Assembly: GCA_002189035.1 (NCBI GenBank) | Contig: CM007989.1 | Location: 5,890,001 to 5,954,000, forward strand | Reading direction: 5' to 3' | Origin: Utricularia gibba | Lineage: Eukaryota; Plantae; Magnoliophyta | Length of the DNA stretch: 64,000 bases | Part shown: positions 61,621 to 64,000 of the stretch, piece after piece | How positions within the stretch are numbered: the first letter of the stretch is position 1 | Layout: every line of letters begins with the position of its first letter | Translations under genes and position numbers: made by a program | Notes under the pieces: generated by a model | What the model was told of the DNA's origin: nothing | Database searches by the model: none | The model's input: the letters and a program-made list of their open reading frames with translations, nothing else

Positions 61621-62243
61621 TAGACATGGGCACGGGTTGCGACTTACTAAGTAACGAGTTGGACTTGTCGAGTCATGACTCTATTACGGGTTCACGAGTC
61701 GACGGGTTGATGGGTTTTGATCCCCAACTCGTATTTTACCCGAGTTGACTCGTTACCTATCGACTCGTCGAGTTGACTCGTTACCTGTCGACTCGTCGAG
61801 TTGACCCAAGTATGAACTCGTAAACCCGTATTTTATATTATTTTTTAAAATAATTATTATATTTTTCAGTTATTTTTTTGTTGTATATGAATATTTTTAT
61901 TTGTATATGATTTATTTAATCATTGAATATTCGATTTTAAAAAATGTAATAAAGTTTTACCTCCTCCTTTACGATATTTGAGACTAATGGTATATAATAT
62001 AAGTGGAGTTAGTTAGTACCAAATTAAAAATATTAAATAAAAAAGATGTAAAATATAAATTAAAAATGAATAATTTGGACTATAAATCATGCATTTTTTC
62101 ACGAGTTATTCGGGTAACTTGTTGAGTCGAAAATCACCGACTCAACTCGTACCTATTTTTCACAAGTACGAGTAACTCATACCCATTACATACGGGTCGA
62201 CTTGCGATCAACTCGGGTTGACCCGTACCCATGCCCAAATCTA
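61621..62243. mobile_element. hAT-type MITE, 623 bp
   Basis: TIRs match 14/17 (TAGACATGGGCACGGGT versus TAGATTTGGGCATGGGT). The TSD CGCTAAAT / TGCTAAAT matches 7/8. It has ACCCG/GACTCG subterminal repeats and an AT-rich core. Confidence 0.9.
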
Positions 62244-63428
62244 TGCTAAATGTTTCATATTTTTTGTGGTCTCTTTCTTATATGGTTTTCTGTTGAAATG
62301 ACATCGATTTTTCTACATTCTTCTCTTATTAATTGCATGTGATTCAATGTATTGAATGCTAAAAAAGTCTATTTCAGGTGACCAAAGGGTGGGGGAGTAC
62401 TAGAGGTTGTGATCCAAGCCTTAGGGAAATGAGTCATAAGGGTAGCCATTTTGGGTGTCTTCCATACGCCTGCTTTAAATTGTTGATGAGGCTGGTGTCG
62501 GTTTTAAGATTAATGTCATGCACATTTACTTTTGTCATGTGATGATGAACTTAGGTAGCTACGTGTGGGACTGTGTAGAAAAACTCAACTATGTTTTCTT
62601 GTAACTTATATTAATATCTTGTATTTAACTTGATGTTTTATAACTTTGTTGAGTTTTGTACGAGGTAATAGAATGTTATGGTCTCATGATTCTTCTTGTA
62701 ATCATAGTATCAAGGCTCGAATCTAGAAAGATGTGGATTTAGGTCTTGGCATTTACATAGAAGGGAATGGACTCACAAAAGCCATGAGGAACCTCCAAAG
62801 TGAATTTGTTTGATTCATAATAGTACCATGCACGACACTAAGGACTATCATCTTAGAAGTATACTGCTTTAGGTTGAAGATGAGGAATGTGACTATGCAG
62901 AAATTTTTTCCCCATAGAAAAAGCATTCTGTTATGTGGAATGAAAATACTCTCTTATACTTGAAATTGTGATACCTAATGAGATTATCCATCATTCTCCC
63001 TCACCACTAAGTTAAATTAGAAAAACTCGGCTAATGAAATCAGAGTAAGGATTACCTTGCCCAAGGAGGTTAAACCCTACCCATGAGGTCGTAGCATATA
63101 GGGTAAAAGGTCAAAGAGGGTAAACCCTACCTCTTAATAGTCTAATCGGTAACCTAGCTCCCTATCGATATATATTTGAGCGGGGCACCCAATGAACTTG
63201 ATCTATGAGTTGAAGTTGCAATTTCAAGTACATTACTATGGGCTCCTAAAGTCGCACCTCAGCTACATTCAAGTGTTCCTGCTCATGCAGAGGATTCAAT
63301 GTGTGAACTAAGGATGAAGTCAAGTCGAAATCTGAGTAAGAGGAAATGGTTGTTTGATAAAAGAAATCACGCTCCAACCAAGCCTATATCGAGAGTTTGA
63401 TTGTCATGGAGCTTATGATTCAGACCAC

Positions 63429-63895
63429 CTTCACAATCCACCTTCGCCTTGCACGCTATTTTTCACTTTGGGCATGCAACCCTCATGATTTTACATTCTT
63501 TCCTTCTGGAGAAAAGGTCTCGTACAAGATTAAGAGGATCCCTCTATTTAAACACCTCCTCTTCCCCATCTATAACCAATATGGGATATCGTAACTGTCA
63601 CAAGACCCATATCCTTACATTCTTCCCCTCTTAGACACTTAGCATCCTCATTAAGTATCACCTCATCCCACTGACACAAGCTCGAGTGTGACCCTAATAT
63701 CAAATGTCATGGCCTACCCTCGTCTCTTACAATGTTGTACGCTTTGGGCACCCAACCCTCATGGTTTTACATAATCCCATTTCGAGAGAAAAACCTCATA
63801 CAAGATTAAAAGAGTCATTCTATTTAAGCACATCTCCTTTCTCGTCCCTAACCAATGTGGGATACCATAACCATCACAAAGCCCCTAGACCCACA
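63429..63895 (-). mobile_element. Complete TRIM: two 191-bp LTRs and an 85-bp internal domain
   Basis: LTRs are at 63705-63895 and 63429-63619. A decayed PBS (TTTGATATTAGGGTC) follows the 5' LTR and the PPT AAGAGGGGAAGAA precedes the 3' LTR. No TSD is evident. Confidence 0.85.
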
Positions 63896-63905
63896 CTAAG
63901 TTTCT

Positions 63906-64000
63906 AAGAGGGGAAGAATGTAAGGCTAGGGACCTTGTGACAATTATAGTATCTCACATTGGTTACGGATGGGGAAGATGATGTGTTTAAATAGAGAGGC
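63906..64000 (+). mobile_element. Second TRIM piece (PPT and LTR start) in opposite orientation, running off the window
   Basis: AAGAGGGGAAGAA|TGTAAGGCTAGGG; the LTR starts at 63919. Confidence 0.8.

Overview
This is AT-rich, transposon-dense flowering-plant nuclear DNA. It holds four conventional genes: a WEB/DUF827 gene (5' part only, minus strand), an intronless FLA2-like fasciclin-arabinogalactan gene, a 10-exon CID11/12-like PAM2 + 2xRRM gene, and a 10-exon WEE1 kinase gene. These sit among nested LTR retrotransposon relics (Angela-type copia; Tekay-, CRM- and Athila-type gypsy), a TRIM family with 191-bp LTRs, and hAT elements and MITEs, several with readable target-site duplications (TSDs). 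The most unusual region is 48.8-56.1 kb. I predict there an unrecognised 2-exon gene for a small secreted, Pro/Gly-rich peptide (54414-54880, minus) with W-boxes and a TATA box in its promoter. Its exon 2 and 3' UTR are copied in inverted orientation as part of a ~1.15-kb-arm inverted duplication. Its exon 1 and promoter are tandemly duplicated across a templated filler segment. All splice models and family assignments were made by eye; no database search or alignment was run.
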